64,000 nt of DNA from the NCBI GenBank assembly GCA_051530055.1, contig CM121342.1, positions 10,555,480 through 10,619,479 of the forward strand. Direction: 5' to 3'. Position 1 is the first letter of the stretch, and every line of letters starts with the position of its first letter. The notes beneath the pieces were generated by a model, which made no database searches, was not told the DNA's origin, and saw nothing but the letters and a program-made list of their open reading frames with translations. Source of the stretch: Neoechinorhynchus agilis (taxonomy: Eukaryota; Animalia; Acanthocephala). This document shows positions 11,720 to 24,945 of this stretch, piece by piece. A program made the position numbers and the translations under genes.

Positions 11720-14700
11720 TGTAAGCCGATAACATATGAACACCGCACACGAATAGACCAATAAGAAATGTCGAGCAGAGTAAGATACGGGTTCTGAAAA
11801 TGCAAAGTACTAAAGGTCAGCGATACTTGAGATGTTCCATAATGTTGATATAAAAATTTGGTATACATCAACTTCATCACCAGAGAATAAAGTCACATTC
11901 GTCCAACATTTCAAAGATTTGTTCGTATTCATTGTTAGGATAAAGTAAGTATCGAAAATTGACGCGAACAAACGAACACCGCACACGAATAGATGAATAC
12001 GAAAAGCCGAGTAGAGTAAGATACGTTTTCCGAAAATGCAAAGATTTTTAGTGAACTAAAGGTTAGCGATACCTTAGATGTTCAAAAATGTCGGTATAAA
12101 AATCTGGTATAGACCAACCTCATCACCAGAGAATAAAGTCGCATTCGTCCAACAGTACATAGATTTGTTCGTATTCATTGTTGGGTGAAAGTAAGTAACG
12201 AAAATTGACGCAAACATACGAACACCGCACACGAATAGACGAATACGAAAAGTCGAGCAGAGTAAGATACGGGTTGTGAAAATGATAAGAACTAAAGGTT
12301 AGCGATACTTGAGATGGGCCAAAATGTTGATAAAAACATCTGGTATACATCAACCTCATCACCAGAGAATATAGTCGCATTCGTCCAAAAGTTCAAAGAT
12401 TTGTTGGTATTCATTGTTGGGTGAAAGTAAGTATCGAGAATTGACGTGAAAATACGAACACCGTACACGAATAGAGGAATACAAAGTCGAGCAGAGTAAG
12501 ATACAGATTCCGAAAATGCAAAGATTTTTAGTGAACTAAAGGTTAGCGATACTTTAGATGTATTGTAATTTTGATATAAAAATCTGGTATAGACCAACCT
12601 CATCACCAGAGAATAAAGTCGCATTCGTCCAACAGTACATAGATTTGTTCGTATTCATTGTTTGGTGAAAGTAAGTATCGAGAATTGACGCGAACATACG
12701 AACACCGCACACGAATAGACGAATACGAAAAGTCGAGCAGAGTAAGATACAGATTCCGAAAATGCAAGGATTTTTAGTGAACTAAAGGTTAGCGATACCT
12801 TAGATGTTCAAAAATGTTGGTATAAAAATCTGGTATAGACCAACCTCATCACCAGAGAATAAAGTCGCATTCGTCCAACAGTACATAGATTTGTTCGTAT
12901 TCATTGTTTGGTGAAAGTAAGTATCGAGAATTGACGCGAACATACGAACACCGCACACGAATAGACGAATACGAAAAGTCGAGCAGAGTAAGATACGGGT
13001 TGTGAAAATGATAAGAACTAAAGGTTAGCGATACTTGAGATGGGCCAAAATGTTGATAAAAACATCTGGTATACATCAACTCATCACCAGAGAATATAGT
13101 CGCATTCGTCCAAAAGTTCAAAGATTTGTTGGTATTCATTGTTGGGTGAAAGTAAGTATCGAGAATTGACGTGAAAATACGAACACCGCACACGAATAGA
13201 CGAATACGAAAAGTCGAGCAGAGTAAGATACAGATTCCGAAAATGCAAGGATTTTTAGTGAACTAAAGGTTAGCGATACCTTAGATGTTCAAAAATGTTG
13301 GTATAAAAATCTGGTATAGACCAACCTCATCACCAGAGAATAAAGTCGCATTCGTCCAACAGTACATAGATTTGTTCGTATTCATTGTTTGGTGAAAGTA
13401 AGTATCGAGAATTGACGCGAACATACGAACACCGCACACGAATAGACGAATACGAAAAGTCGAGCAGAGTAAGATACGGGTTGTCAAAATGATAAGAACT
13501 AAAGGTTAGCGATACTTGAGATGGGCCAAAATGTTGATAAAAACATCTGGTATACATCAACCTCATCACCAGAGAATATAGTCGCATTCGTCCAAAAGTT
13601 CAAAGATTTGTTGGTATTCATTGTTGGGTGAAAGTAAGTATCGAGAATTGACGTGAAAATACGAACACCGCACACGAATAGACGAATACGAAAAGTCGAG
13701 CAGAGTAAGATACAGATTCCGAAAATGCAAAGATTTTTAGTGAACTAAAGGTTAGCGATACTTTAGATGTATTGTAATTTTGATATAAAAATCTGGTATA
13801 GACCAACCTCATCACCAGAGAATAAAGTCGCATTCGTCCAACAGTACATAGATTTGTTCGTATTCATTGTTTGGTGAAAGTAAGTATCGAGAATTGACGC
13901 GAACATACGAAAACCGCACACGAATAGACGAATACGAAAAGTCGAGCAGAGTAAGATACGGGTTGTGAAAATGATAAGAACTAAAGGTTAGCGATACTTG
14001 AGATGGGCCAAAATGTTGATAAAAACATCTGGTATACATCAACCTCATCACCAGAGAATATAGTCGCATTCGTCCAAAAGTTCAAAGATTTGTTGGTATT
14101 CATTGTTGGGTGAAAGTAAGTATCGAGAATTGACGCGAACATACGAACACCGCACACGAATAGACGAATACGAAAAGTCGAGCAGAGTAAGATACAGATT
14201 CCGAAAATGCAAGGATTTTTAGTGAACTAAAAGTTAGCGATACCTTAGATGTTCAAAAATGTTGGTATAAAAATCTGGTATAGACCAACCTCATCACCAG
14301 AGAATAAAGTCGCATTCGTCCAACAGTTCAGAGATTGTTCGTATTCATTGTTGGGTGAACGTAAGTATCGAGAATTGCCGCGAACATACGAAAACCGCAC
14401 ACGAATAGACGAATACGAAAAGTCGAGCAGAGTAAGATACGGGTTGTGAAAATGATAAGAACTAAAGGTTAGCGATACTTGAGATGGGCCAAAATGTTGA
14501 TAAAAACATCTGGTATACATCAACCTCATCACCAGAGAATATAGTCGCATTCGTCCAAAAGTTCAAAGATTTGTTGGTATTCATTGTTGGGTGAAAGTAA
14601 GTATCGAGAATTGACGTGAAAATACGAACACCGTACACGAATAGACGAATACGAAAAGTCGAGCAGAGTAAGATACAGATTCCGAAAATGCAAGGATTTT

Positions 14701-16580
14701 TAGTGAACTAAAGGTTAGCGATACCTTAGATGTTCAAAAATGTTGGTATAAAAATCTGGTATAGACCAACCTCATCACCAGAGAATAAAGTCGCATTCGT
14801 CCAACAGTTCAGAGATTTGTTCGTATTCATTGTTGGGTGAACGTAAGTATCGAGAATTGCCGCGAACATACGAAAACCGCACACGAATAGACGAATACGA
14901 AAAGTCGAGCAGAGTAAGATACGGGTTGTGAAAATGATAAGAACTAAAGGTTAGCGATACTTGAGATGGGCCAAAATGTTGATAAAAACATCTGGTATAC
15001 ATCAACCTCATCACCAGAGAATATAGTCGCATTCGTCCAAAAGTTCAAAGATTTGTTGGTATTCATTGTTGGGTGAAAGTAAGTATCGAGAATTGACGTG
15101 AAAATACGAACACCGCACACGAATAGACGAATACGAAAAGTCGAGCAGAGTAAGATACAGATTCCGAAAATGCAAAGATTTTTAGTGAACTAAAGGTTAG
15201 CGATACTTTAGATGTATTGTAATTTTGATATAAAAATCTGGTATAGACCAACCTCATCACCAGAGAATAAAGTCGCATTCGTCCAACAGTACATAGATTT
15301 GTTCGTATTCATTGTTTGGTGAAAGTAAGTATCGAGAATTGACGCGAACATAAGAACAACGCACACGAATAGACGAATACGAAAAGCCGAGCAGAGTAAG
15401 ATACAGATTCCGAAAATGCAAGGATTTTTAGTGAACTAAAGGTTAGCGATACCTTAGATGTTCAAAAATGTTGGTATAAAAATCTGGTATAGACCAACCT
15501 CATCACCAGAGAATAAAGTCGCATTCGTCCAACAGTACATAGATTTGTTCGTATTCATTGTTGGGTGAAAGTAAGTATCGAGAATTGACGCGAACATACG
15601 AACACCGCACACGAATAGACGAATACGAAAAGTCGAGCAGAGTAAGATACGGGTTGTGAAAATGATAAGAACTAAAGGTTAGCGATACTTGAGATGGGCC
15701 AAAATGTTGATAAAAACATCTGGTATACATCAACCTCATCACCAGAGAATATAGTCGCATTCGTCCAAAAGTTCAAAGATTTGTTGGTATTCATTGTTGG
15801 GTGAAAGTAAGTATCGAGAATTGCCGCGAACATACGAACACCGCACACGAATAGACGAATACGAAAAGTCGAGCAGAGTAAGATACAGATTCCGAAAATG
15901 CAAGGATCCATCCTGGAGCCCAATCACCTCTGTCGCTCGGATGGTAAGCGTCCCGACGGTATAACCGTTTTCCCTTGGAAAGAAGGGAAGAGTCTAATTT
16001 GGGACGCAACATGCGTGGACTCACTCGCCATGTCCAACCGGCAAGATGCTTTAGCGGAGATGGGAGGAGCAGCGAGTGCCGCCGAAAGGAGGAAAGCGGA
16101 GAAATACAATGAGCTGAAACAAAATTACATTTTCCTTCCTTTCGGCGTGGAGACACAAGGGGCGCTGGGATCTTCGGCACGAAGCTTTTGTGCCGAACTC
16201 GGAAGACGACTTGCAGCAGAAACAGGGGAGCGACGCGAGAGGATTTTCCTGATACAAAGAATAAGCCTCGCAATCCAACAAGGAAATGCGGTCAGCGTCC
16301 GGGGGACGATTTAATCATTTTAAAATAAATTGTAAGTTCTTAAAAAAAACTAAAGGTTAGCGATACCTTAGATGTTCCAAAATATTGATATAAAAATCTA
16401 GTATACATCAACTTCATCACCAGAGAATAAAGTCGCATTCGTCCAACAGTTCAGAGATTTGTTCGTATTCATTGTTGGATGAACGTAAGTATCGAGAATT
16501 GCCGCGAACATACGAAAACCGCACACGAATAGACGAATACGAAAAGTCGAGCAGAGTAAGATACGGATTCTGAAAATACA
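11720..16580. repeat. Satellite B: 236- and 244-246-bp monomer variants forming 482-bp and 728-bp higher-order units
   Basis: cagagaat recurs at 11881, 12127, 12363, 12607, 12853 and onward. Repeated spurious ORFs are spaced 482 (13330 to 13812) and 728 (14775 to 15503) apart. Confidence 0.95.
15908..16347 (+). mobile_element. 5'-truncated CRE 3' end (intact RLE domain) inserted in satellite B
   Basis: ILEPNHLCRSDGKRPDG..PWKEGKSLIWDATCVD..KY..FLPFGVET..IQQGNA, followed by AATAAA and an A-tail. The satellite resumes at aactaaagg with about 8 nt missing and no TSD. Confidence 0.9.
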
Positions 16581-16878
16581 GAAACGTTGTGGCGAACAAA
16601 AAGTAATCAAAAATTCGGGAATCGCGGAACGATGATTCTGCTCGAAACTTAAAGGCATAAACGAACCGCATTAAATGCCTTACTGTTAATATTTCGCCCG
16701 ATACTTCAAAATTTTTGAAAATTGCGACTGAAATATTGATCATTAAAGCGAACCATTTAAGGCCTTTGTGTTTTAAGATCCCTGTTTTTAAGATTGGCGT
16801 TAATATCAGGAAGAATTCGGATTTGAACCCGATGACCATTGGTCGTTCTCGGTTTCACCGTACGCGCAAGAAGCTGTG

Positions 16879-19684
16879 ATGTCATCGACGGCGGTTAAGG
16901 TTGCAGTTCGGATTCGTCCTTTAATTGAACGTGAGTTGTTGAGCCAATTGAACCGGCAGAGTGCTGTGATTCCTTCCTATTCTGACGAGACTGGATCCTA
17001 TTGTCTGTGTAAGACCGTTCGTGGCGTGGAGAACTTTGTGTTTGATCACGTGTTCGATTCCGATCGTTCTCAGGAGGAGATATTTGAGCAGGCGATTTCT
17101 CCTTTGATTGAACGTTTCTACGAAGGATACAACGCAACACTGCTTGCTTATGGTCAGACTGGTGCAGGAAAAACTTACACTTTAGGGATGGATTTGATCA
17201 GTGATTCCAGTGGATATGTCACTGAACAGTCTGGGGTTGTAAAACGGCTTTTGAATGGCGTATTTATTCGTCGGAAACCGGAGAGTCATTTCAGAGCGAG
17301 TTTCATTGAGATTTATCAAGAACAAATACTTGATCTGTTGTCGTTGGGTTCGAGTAAGCCACGCGAGATCGCCGTTCATCAGACCGCTGGAAGGATTCAT
17401 TTGACTGGAATCGAAGAAGTTTTCGTTGGTTCTGTTACGGAGTGCATTGATGTACTTCGAACTGGTCTAGAAAAGCGAACGGTTGGGCAAACTGCGATGA
17501 ATGAACAGTCGAGTAGATCGCATGCTATCTTTACTCTTACAATGGAACACGATAGCGATAATCAGAATCTTGTCTCGAAATTCCAAGTCGTCGATCTATG
17601 GCATTGAATCTCCATTACTAGTCTTAAAAAATTTAATGTTTTACACGAAAAATCGAATCCCTACTGTGCACTTTAAAAAGTTGTAATGGAGATTTGTGCA
17701 TTTAGCTGGAAGTGAGCGACAAGTAAAAACCCAATCGCTTGGTGATCGGTTTCGAGAGGGTGTCAAGATCAACTACGGTCTTTTTGTCCTTGGGAATGTC
17801 ATAAGCGTATTGGCTACTGGATGTCCTAAATCACAACATGTCCCATACAGAGACAGCAAGTTGACTCGGATACTACAAGATTGTTTAGGGGGCAATTCAC
17901 TTACGTTAATGATTGCTTGCGTTAGTCCAGCGATGGATAGTGTCGAAGAGACCTACAACACGCTCCAGTATGCCAGTAAAGCAAGAAAGATCAAGAATGA
18001 TCCGAGGAGGAATACATTGGTTAAACTTAAGATGAAACAAGACGATCCTGCGCTTGTCAAACAACTTGAAAATGAGTGCGAACGCCTTAGAATAATGCTG
18101 ATGAGTATAAGTGAAGCCAGTTCATGTCCACATCCTGCGTACCTTGACAAAGCCGTTAGGAGAGCACATGAATTGAGGATGGATCTTTTAAAGAACACTA
18201 CGTCGGAGACAGATTCTTTGGACCGTGTGAAGCAGCATTGTATTCAGAATGTCTCTCTGTTTTGGTCTGGAAGTCGTCTATTTCTCCCTTTGTGTCTTTT
18301 GATCCTTATAATTTTTTTGAATGTAGTAATTTTCTGAAAGTTTTAAGTGCATTCAATTATTTTAAATTTTATTAGTCTTGTCTGAAATTCTTTTTTCAAA
18401 GAAACATTCGTTAAATTGATGGAGGAAGAAAATGAACGAGATCGGAAACGAAGCCCAAGTGTTCATTATTCCAGTGTTCGTTCGCTGGAAAGGTCTCGTA
18501 GTCGCTTTCGATCTCAGCACTCATCTTTATCTTCGTTCAACTCCATGTCTGTACCATTCAAACCAGACGCTCGATACGAGTCTTTGAAGAAAGAAGTTGC
18601 TCGTCTAAGCAGTCAGCTTCGATCTCACAACATCAGAGCAGTCGAACGTTCTTATCAGCAGACGGAGCGCAGCATCCAGAAACTGGCTAGACACCGAGAT
18701 CAACTTCGGCAAGAGCGGGAAAAACTGAATAAGCAGAAGAGTGCATATGACAGTGAGTACGAGCGACATGCCAGGAAAGCGAGTGTTGAACTGAGAAGAT
18801 TGCGTGAATTAGCTGATTCGAAAAAGAGTGAGATCCAGCGATTGCAAGAGTTGAGGAAAAAGCAAGATAGTGTTCTTCGGAGTCAGAATGAACAACTGAC
18901 AATGATTAATCGTGAGATGAAGTTGATCGCAAGAAAAAACCCTTCTAGGTATAGACGCTTGAATGCTCTTACCTATCGGCAAGTTCGAACTGATTATCGA
19001 CGTAAAGAGAAAGGGGAATGTGGTGAAAAGTTGCGTCAATGGTTTCAAAGTGAGCTTGATTTGTTCGTAAGGGTTCGTGAAGGTGTTCATTACTTAATAA
19101 GTGTTTCAAGTGAAGATGAGAAGTTTCTTGATTTATGTGAAACACTGGCTCGCACGAATGAACGCATAAACGTTATGCGGAAACGACAAGCTAATGATAG
19201 AACAGACGATAAATACGATCCATTGGAACGAAGAGCATATCAGCAAGCGCTTAGAGCTCCTCTAAGAGATATTAGCAACTGTAAGGTGCTGTTAAAATAC
19301 GCTGTACGTCGACATGTTGAACATGTAATTGCTTTTGAACATACGGTACGTGCCGCAGAAGATGCCCGAACTCGTAAGCAACAAGTTGAAATCACATCCC
19401 AGGGCAACGATGTTCATTTGGATTATTTTGAGAAGCTACTTGAACGTATTGGTGTTTTGACTCAACATGTATCCGCAAAAAGTGACGAGATCAACATTGA
19501 TGAAGCAGCCGAAGTCATTAAAAAAATTCCTTCTAACGAAGATTTGATTGAAATGGTGAAAAAATTGACGAAGTTATTTAAAGAAAACCAACACGATGGA
19601 GATCATGAAGGAGATCAGTTCTTCTACGAGTATATGAGTCCATCCAAGATTCCAGCGAGGAATACGTCTAGGCAATGCCTATGA
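16879..19684 (+). CDS. Kinesin-4 family (KIF4/chromokinesin-like) motor; three segments at about 16879-17598, 17705-18224 and 18402-19684
   Basis: [10 protein letters not shown]-loop GQTGAGKT, switch I NEQSSRSH, switch II VDL/AGSER split by an insert, [30 protein letters not shown], long C-terminal coiled coil. The second-intron donor is uncertain. Confidence 0.85.
17599..17702. mobile_element. 104-bp insertion flanked by TA/TA with 12-bp subterminal inverted repeats (MITE-like or non-canonical intron)
   Basis: GATC-TA[insert]TA-GCT restores D-L-A. aatctccattac (17607-17618) is the exact reverse complement of gtaatggagatt (17683-17694), each 8 nt from its end. Confidence 0.7.
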
Positions 19685-20429
19685 GTTTGTTCATGCAGCT
19701 CTCTGTGGTTCATTAGAATTACTGTAAATTGAATTGAGTAAGCATATGAATGAGCGAACGATCTGATAAAGATTCGGTATCATGAGTACATTACAGCATT
19801 ATTTCGAGGAATTCATTATTGGCTGAGGTTTTATATGAATATTCTTTTTTTTGCTTAACCTAAAAGACGATTTATGTTGCTGTTGTTTTAAGTTGAACTT
19901 TGCGAAAGTCATTGAATGTACATCTTAAGGCTCAATATAAAGTGAAGTATTAAAATTTAAAGCAGCAACACACGTCTTTGAACCGCAGGATTTTTTAAAA
20001 GGCTACGGAATGTGTCCAAATTATTATCTTTTTCCAAATATAGTCCGTTGACTTCAGTGATTTCTTTAAAGGCAATTCTGATCAGTCAATTATGAGTTTA
20101 AATTATTCATTCAGAGATCAGGAAAGTTTTTGAAACTTCTACGCTTTGACTGTTTTGTAAGTGTAGTTCATTTAAAAGAAGTCTGTTGGTAACAAAGAGC
20201 GTCAATGTGCATTGCGTAAAATCTTTTTAAATTTTTTTTATTGAAAAAGGATTAACCTTGCTTCATATCGAGTATTTATATCAGTTTGTACCGAATTTCA
20301 GATCGAAAAATACAGATTTAATCGACCTGATAATCGATTTTGTATTTTGACCAGTGAGCACTTGTCAATAACTCGTTTAAAAGAAACCATCGGATTATTT
20401 GCCATTCCTAAATTTGTGTTTCAAAGTTA

Positions 20430-21900
20430 ATTGTATCACTGATTTCAGCTGGCATCGGAAACCGTGTCATAAAATAATAATTATGCATCGAGATTCCCGT
20501 CATCCTTGGGTGATGAAACAGGGAATTTACGCTGAGATACATAGGACAGCGCTGATTTGCTAATCGCCATTAACGGAAAAACGATTATCGATCAACAGTA
20601 TGAAAACCATTTTTGCTAATAATGGATACAAACGTAATGATATCATGTGGTTAGAGAAATGGTGTTATTTAAAAGAGGAGAAACTGAACTATGATCGTTA
20701 ACGGAATCGATATGAAAGAAAACCAATTCTCACGATACCACATATCAGCGAAGAGTTCACTAGTATGAAGTCTTAAATCGGAATAATTTTTAATTTCTTG
20801 TAAGAAACTCAAAAGTGACTTTTATAAATTGCTTCGTCACTTTATATCATTTAAACACTTGCTCTATATGAACATCGACAATGAAGGAGCGGTGCTAGGG
20901 CTCGAAAAGCGGTTGATTGCGAACAAAGAGGACTTAAATCTATTCGGAATGTTACCGACGGATGTGATTCGATTCACTCGAATTTTTTTAAAGTGCGACC
21001 TCATCCGATACAACGGCCGACTTTCTTAGGATTCTATATATCAGTGAAAAGTTCACTAGTGATGTTCGAAAGCTGCTGCGGCGATCGAGGATGGATGTCC
21101 GGATTGTTCCCAGAAGCGTACCTACACTTAGGCGAATCCTGACGAGAACTGAACACGATAAATCGCCGTAAGCACGTCCAGCATCGTTATTGATGTATAC
21201 ACAAGCAACTGGGATGTTCGTGGCCTACAAAATTCGATTTGCACTCGTAGCAACTCGGTCTAAGAGATGACCTGCGAACGGTGTTTGGTCAATGACAATC
21301 GTGGGCTAATCTAGATAGACAAAACTTAACGGCCATGGCGTCAACATTTCACGGAACACGTTCTGAACGCACTCAATCCGTTCGCAAAATCATGGCCACC
21401 ATTTGCAAAGTACCACTCAGAGTGCCACAGCGACGGAATCGCAGAAGCGCTCCTTATATCCCGGGCCGTTGGTTGGAGATGGCGTTTCCGTAGACAATGC
21501 GAGGGAGAGTTCTGGACATCAGCTCGACAAAACCTCCAGAACTGGTCTACAGACGGAACGAACGTTCCGCTTCGATATCGCCACTGTAACACGCTCCATA
21601 ACTGCACGCACCTTTGGACGGCGAAAGCACGGAAATAAATATTCTCTTTAGCATTACAACAGCCAGCCCAATTGCCTATAAAAATTTGATCAATCATGCT
21701 GCTGGGAAATCAAGTGGTATTTCACATGATTATGATCTATGAAAAAGCGGATTCCTAATTCGCTTTACGAGTAGTTGATTAAAAAATCAAATTTTTATAT
21801 TCTAAACAACAAAAGTCCCCTAGAAACTTTTATTGTTAAGAAAATGCATACCAAAAACAATAACTATGATCTATGAAAAAGCGGATTCCTAATTCGCTTG
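20430..21900 (+). mobile_element. Rearranged Penelope-like element (PLE) fragments
   Basis: Broken frames give WHRKP, SRHPWVMKQGI..IFANNGY, LYMNID, YISEKF..L.R and PYIPG, all typical of the PLE RT and thumb. A 35-bp direct repeat lies at 21731-21765 and 21865-21899. Confidence 0.6.
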
Positions 21901-22221
21901 ACGATGAGTTCACTGCGACCGCCGCTCAGATTCATAAGAACACACAGCCATCCTTTCCCCACTCAACAAACATATTTAAATGCTTCGTTTTTCACAAAAT
22001 ATGAACTATGGAACAAAGACACAAAATAGAGAACAAATATATAGAGGAGGAGGACGAAATTCGAGAAGGTATATCAGGCGTTTGCGGAATTACTGGCACT
22101 ACATTTGTGATGTAAACCAGTTCTGCATAAGTGTTACGATCGAGATGTGTGGCGCACTGACATTTTTGAATTTTAGGGTTACTATGCCTTGTTTGTTCCT
22201 TCTCATCATCCACGCAGGTGG

Positions 22222-24945
22222 TTAATTAGCTTGGTAGTGTTGTGGGTTGTGGTGATGGTTCGTAGACGCTCCGTTGTAGTAGGTGTTGTTTCCAGTGCCG
22301 TTGCTGCTTCCACTGAGCAGATGAGAATGATTGGCGCCTGAAACGAGATGTGGAGCTTGTCGTCCAAGAACAGCAAGTGCAGCAGCAGCAGCGTTAGACG
22401 CAGCAGCAGCGGCACAACAAACACTGTTGGGCGAAGATTGATTTTCGATTGGCTTTGTGGTAAGATGTTTCTCTAGTTTCCCAATGATGTGCTTTCCGTA
22501 AGTGTACTTTCTTAGAGCATTCATATGTGGCCTGATTTTACTAATCAGATTTTTGCGCTGAGGCAAATCAGCCACGTCTATGATCTTCTGAACAACGTAG
22601 TTCGCGTATTGGTCTTTCATCATTGTATAGAGCGTAGATGAATTCCCATCGGATGGAGCGACTTCTTCAATAAGTGCAGCTCGTTCGGCATCAGTACAAA
22701 ACGTAATACATTTCTCAACTACGTTACTGGCGAACTTATGCTGAGAGTATTGGAGAATACGCCCTCTAAGTTGAGTAACAATTCTTGATTTATCTTCAGG
22801 TTTCCCATGTTCGAGTACATGTTGAACCACATAGTTTCCGTATTGATCCTGTACAAGCTTATCGGTTTGCACATGGAGTTCCTCTAGAATAGGTCCAATT
22901 TGTTCAGGTGTACAATATTCCAGAATCCTCTGGATGACACGGCAACCATACGGGTGCATTGACAGTGCGCATACTTGCTTTTGAACCTCCTTTACTATAA
23001 AATCAATATCAGAAGCTGCACAACACTCAATGCATTTCTGGATCACATGGTTTCCATTCTGATCCTCAATACATCTAGGAACTTGTCCATCCAACTCACG
23101 AGCCAATCTCACTTGAACTTCCTTATTAACACTTTCCAGAGCTTTTTGAATTACACGACACCCGTACATTTGAAGCGCCAACTCAACAACATGCCCGCGA
23201 ATACAATCAGCTAATTGCATCTTATGATCAGGAGCTCCGTATTCGAAGAACTTCTGAATTACATAGTTGCCAAACACATCAGTCATCAGAAGATACGAAT
23301 TCGGGAATATTTCACGAAACACAGAATCCTTCTCTCCTAAGGAGGCACGTTCCAGTTTTTGTTGTATAAAACGACTACCATGCTGATCCATGCTGAACTC
23401 CACATAATGACCAACGACATCTCGAAGGGTAAGATTAGATAACCGATTGTTTCGAAAGTCATCCAACAGTTTACTTCTCGCCACTACAGCCGTAGGTGCC
23501 TCCAGTGCCCTAGGCTGAGCAATTGGAACTAACGCCTGTTGAGTTGAAGAACCTGTAGATGAGCTCGAAGGAGTTGTCGCCGCTGCGGCTGCTGCTGCTG
23601 CAGCTGCGGCTGCCCAAACGGCATTCGGGTTCATGTTTGTCGCATTGCATGCAGCCATAGCTGCAGCAGCAGCCGCGGCAGCCTTCCGGATTTGTTGACT
23701 TGGTCCAACAGCCGCTGATTGAATAATCGCACTGGCTGTGCTGGGATCAAGAATCGTAGATTGAGATAGATATCGTGATGCATTCATAACGGTGTCATAC
23801 AATGAACTAGATGGCCTGAAAGTTGCGTCGTTCGATTGAGGACTTGGATTAAATTGAAAATTGATTCCACCGGTTGCGAGTGGAGTTGTTGGAACTGGTG
23901 GAGGTGAAGGAGACGTGGCAAATGAAGCCAGTAGTGAGTTTGAATCAAATCGGTCTGCTCGAATCCTGTCGCCATTTCTCGGAATACAGCAGCACAATGA
24001 GCTTTGACAATTACAGCAAAACCGTTTGTCCATTCGGTCAAAGTACCCATCACTTTGCGTTGGAGGAGGTAAAAGAGCTGGAAACGGCAGATCCGTTGGA
24101 GGTTGTGGCGGCGCGTCTAACATTGGAACATTGTGTTGGTTGTTAAGACAGTCAAACATGCTTCGATTGGTAGTACGTCCGTATTCTTGGTCAAAAATAG
24201 AAGAATCCGCCCCATTGGTATTATAGAGACCATGATTATGATGTGAAAAGAAGGAGGCAAGCGGATTTAGGGATGGTTGGGTTGTTGGAGTTGACGACGA
24301 AGGCGGATTAAGAAAGTCAAATGCTTCTGATGGTTTAAGTGAGTTAAAAGCAGACCAGGATTGTGGAGAGTTGTGATGCGATGATTGTGACATTGGAGAG
24401 GACTGATGGTTTGAAGCGGCAGCGGCGGCGCCGTGCATCAACCAAATGTCGGGTTGCGTGCTTCCACCAGTCATGTTCATATAATCTCCGGCAGGGAATA
24501 GAGATGGAGACGAAGTCGGTTGTTGCATCATGTCCAGTAAAAAGTTTTGTGCACTGGAACTGTTGTCCGTTTGTTGGGGTGCAGGCGGTTGAGGATTCAA
24601 CTGAACTGCAAACGGAAGCGGTCCTAAGATTTTATCAGCTTGGTGTTCATCTGCCGAATACAAATCATCTCTCCGTTGGGGCATTTGGTTCTGTACGTGC
24701 TGTTGTTGATGATGAACCTGTTGGCGGTTCCTACGTCGTCTCCGTCCACCGCGCTGCTGCTGTTGGGGATAATCATGTTGTAATGGCGGAGGCGGAGGTG
24801 GATCGACACTTCCCGCAATCACCATGTTTCTCATATCTCGTGATAAATCATCAGAGATGGATTTTGATCCACCACCTCCACCGGTGGTGTTCCACGATCG
24901 TTCCTTAGTTTGCTGAGAAATGCTACCTCCGACGGTAGTGCTCAT
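22222..24945 (-). CDS. PUM: Pumilio (PUF RNA-binding protein), 907-aa single ORF
   Basis: Low-complexity Q/A/S-rich N-terminus, then a complete PUM-HD: [105 protein letters not shown]. Confidence 0.97.
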   Translation of the reverse strand: MSTTVGGSISQQTKERSWNTTGGGGGSKSISDDLSRDMRNMVIAGSVDPPPPPPLQHDYPQQQQRGGRRRRRNRQQVHHQQQHVQNQMPQRRDDLYSADEHQADKILGPLPFAVQLNPQPPAPQQTDNSSSAQNFLLDMMQQPTSSPSLFPAGDYMNMTGGSTQPDIWLMHGAAAAASNHQSSPMSQSSHHNSPQSWSAFNSLKPSEAFDFLNPPSSSTPTTQPSLNPLASFFSHHNHGLYNTNGADSSIFDQEYGRTTNRSMFDCLNNQHNVPMLDAPPQPPTDLPFPALLPPPTQSDGYFDRMDKRFCCNCQSSLCCCIPRNGDRIRADRFDSNSLLASFATSPSPPPVPTTPLATGGINFQFNPSPQSNDATFRPSSSLYDTVMNASRYLSQSTILDPSTASAIIQSAAVGPSQQIRKAAAAAAAAMAACNATNMNPNAVWAAAAAAAAAAAATTPSSSSTGSSTQQALVPIAQPRALEAPTAVVARSKLLDDFRNNRLSNLTLRDVVGHYVEFSMDQHGSRFIQQKLERASLGEKDSVFREIFPNSYLLMTDVFGNYVIQKFFEYGAPDHKMQLADCIRGHVVELALQMYGCRVIQKALESVNKEVQVRLARELDGQVPRCIEDQNGNHVIQKCIECCAASDIDFIVKEVQKQVCALSMHPYGCRVIQRILEYCTPEQIGPILEELHVQTDKLVQDQYGNYVVQHVLEHGKPEDKSRIVTQLRGRILQYSQHKFASNVVEKCITFCTDAERAALIEEVAPSDGNSSTLYTMMKDQYANYVVQKIIDVADLPQRKNLISKIRPHMNALRKYTYGKHIIGKLEKHLTTKPIENQSSPNSVCCAAAAASNAAAAALAVLGRQAPHLVSGANHSHLLSGSSNGTGNNTYYNGASTNHHHNPQHYQAN

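Noticed and set aside
8740-16580. CRISPR array, or protein-coding repeat ORFs (MRLYSLVMRL.. series)
   Set aside because: The monomers repeat in full with no unique spacers, there are no cas genes, and the context is eukaryotic. The short ORFs simply recur with the satellite period.
16800-16870. tRNA gene on the minus strand (gggttcaaatcc B-box-like)
   Set aside because: The T-stem does not pair properly, and I find no acceptor stem, D-arm or anticodon arm.
24363-24908. 181-aa ORF antisense to Pumilio, and other antisense ORFs over genes and TEs
   Set aside because: These are shadow ORFs expected from the codon bias of the sense gene.
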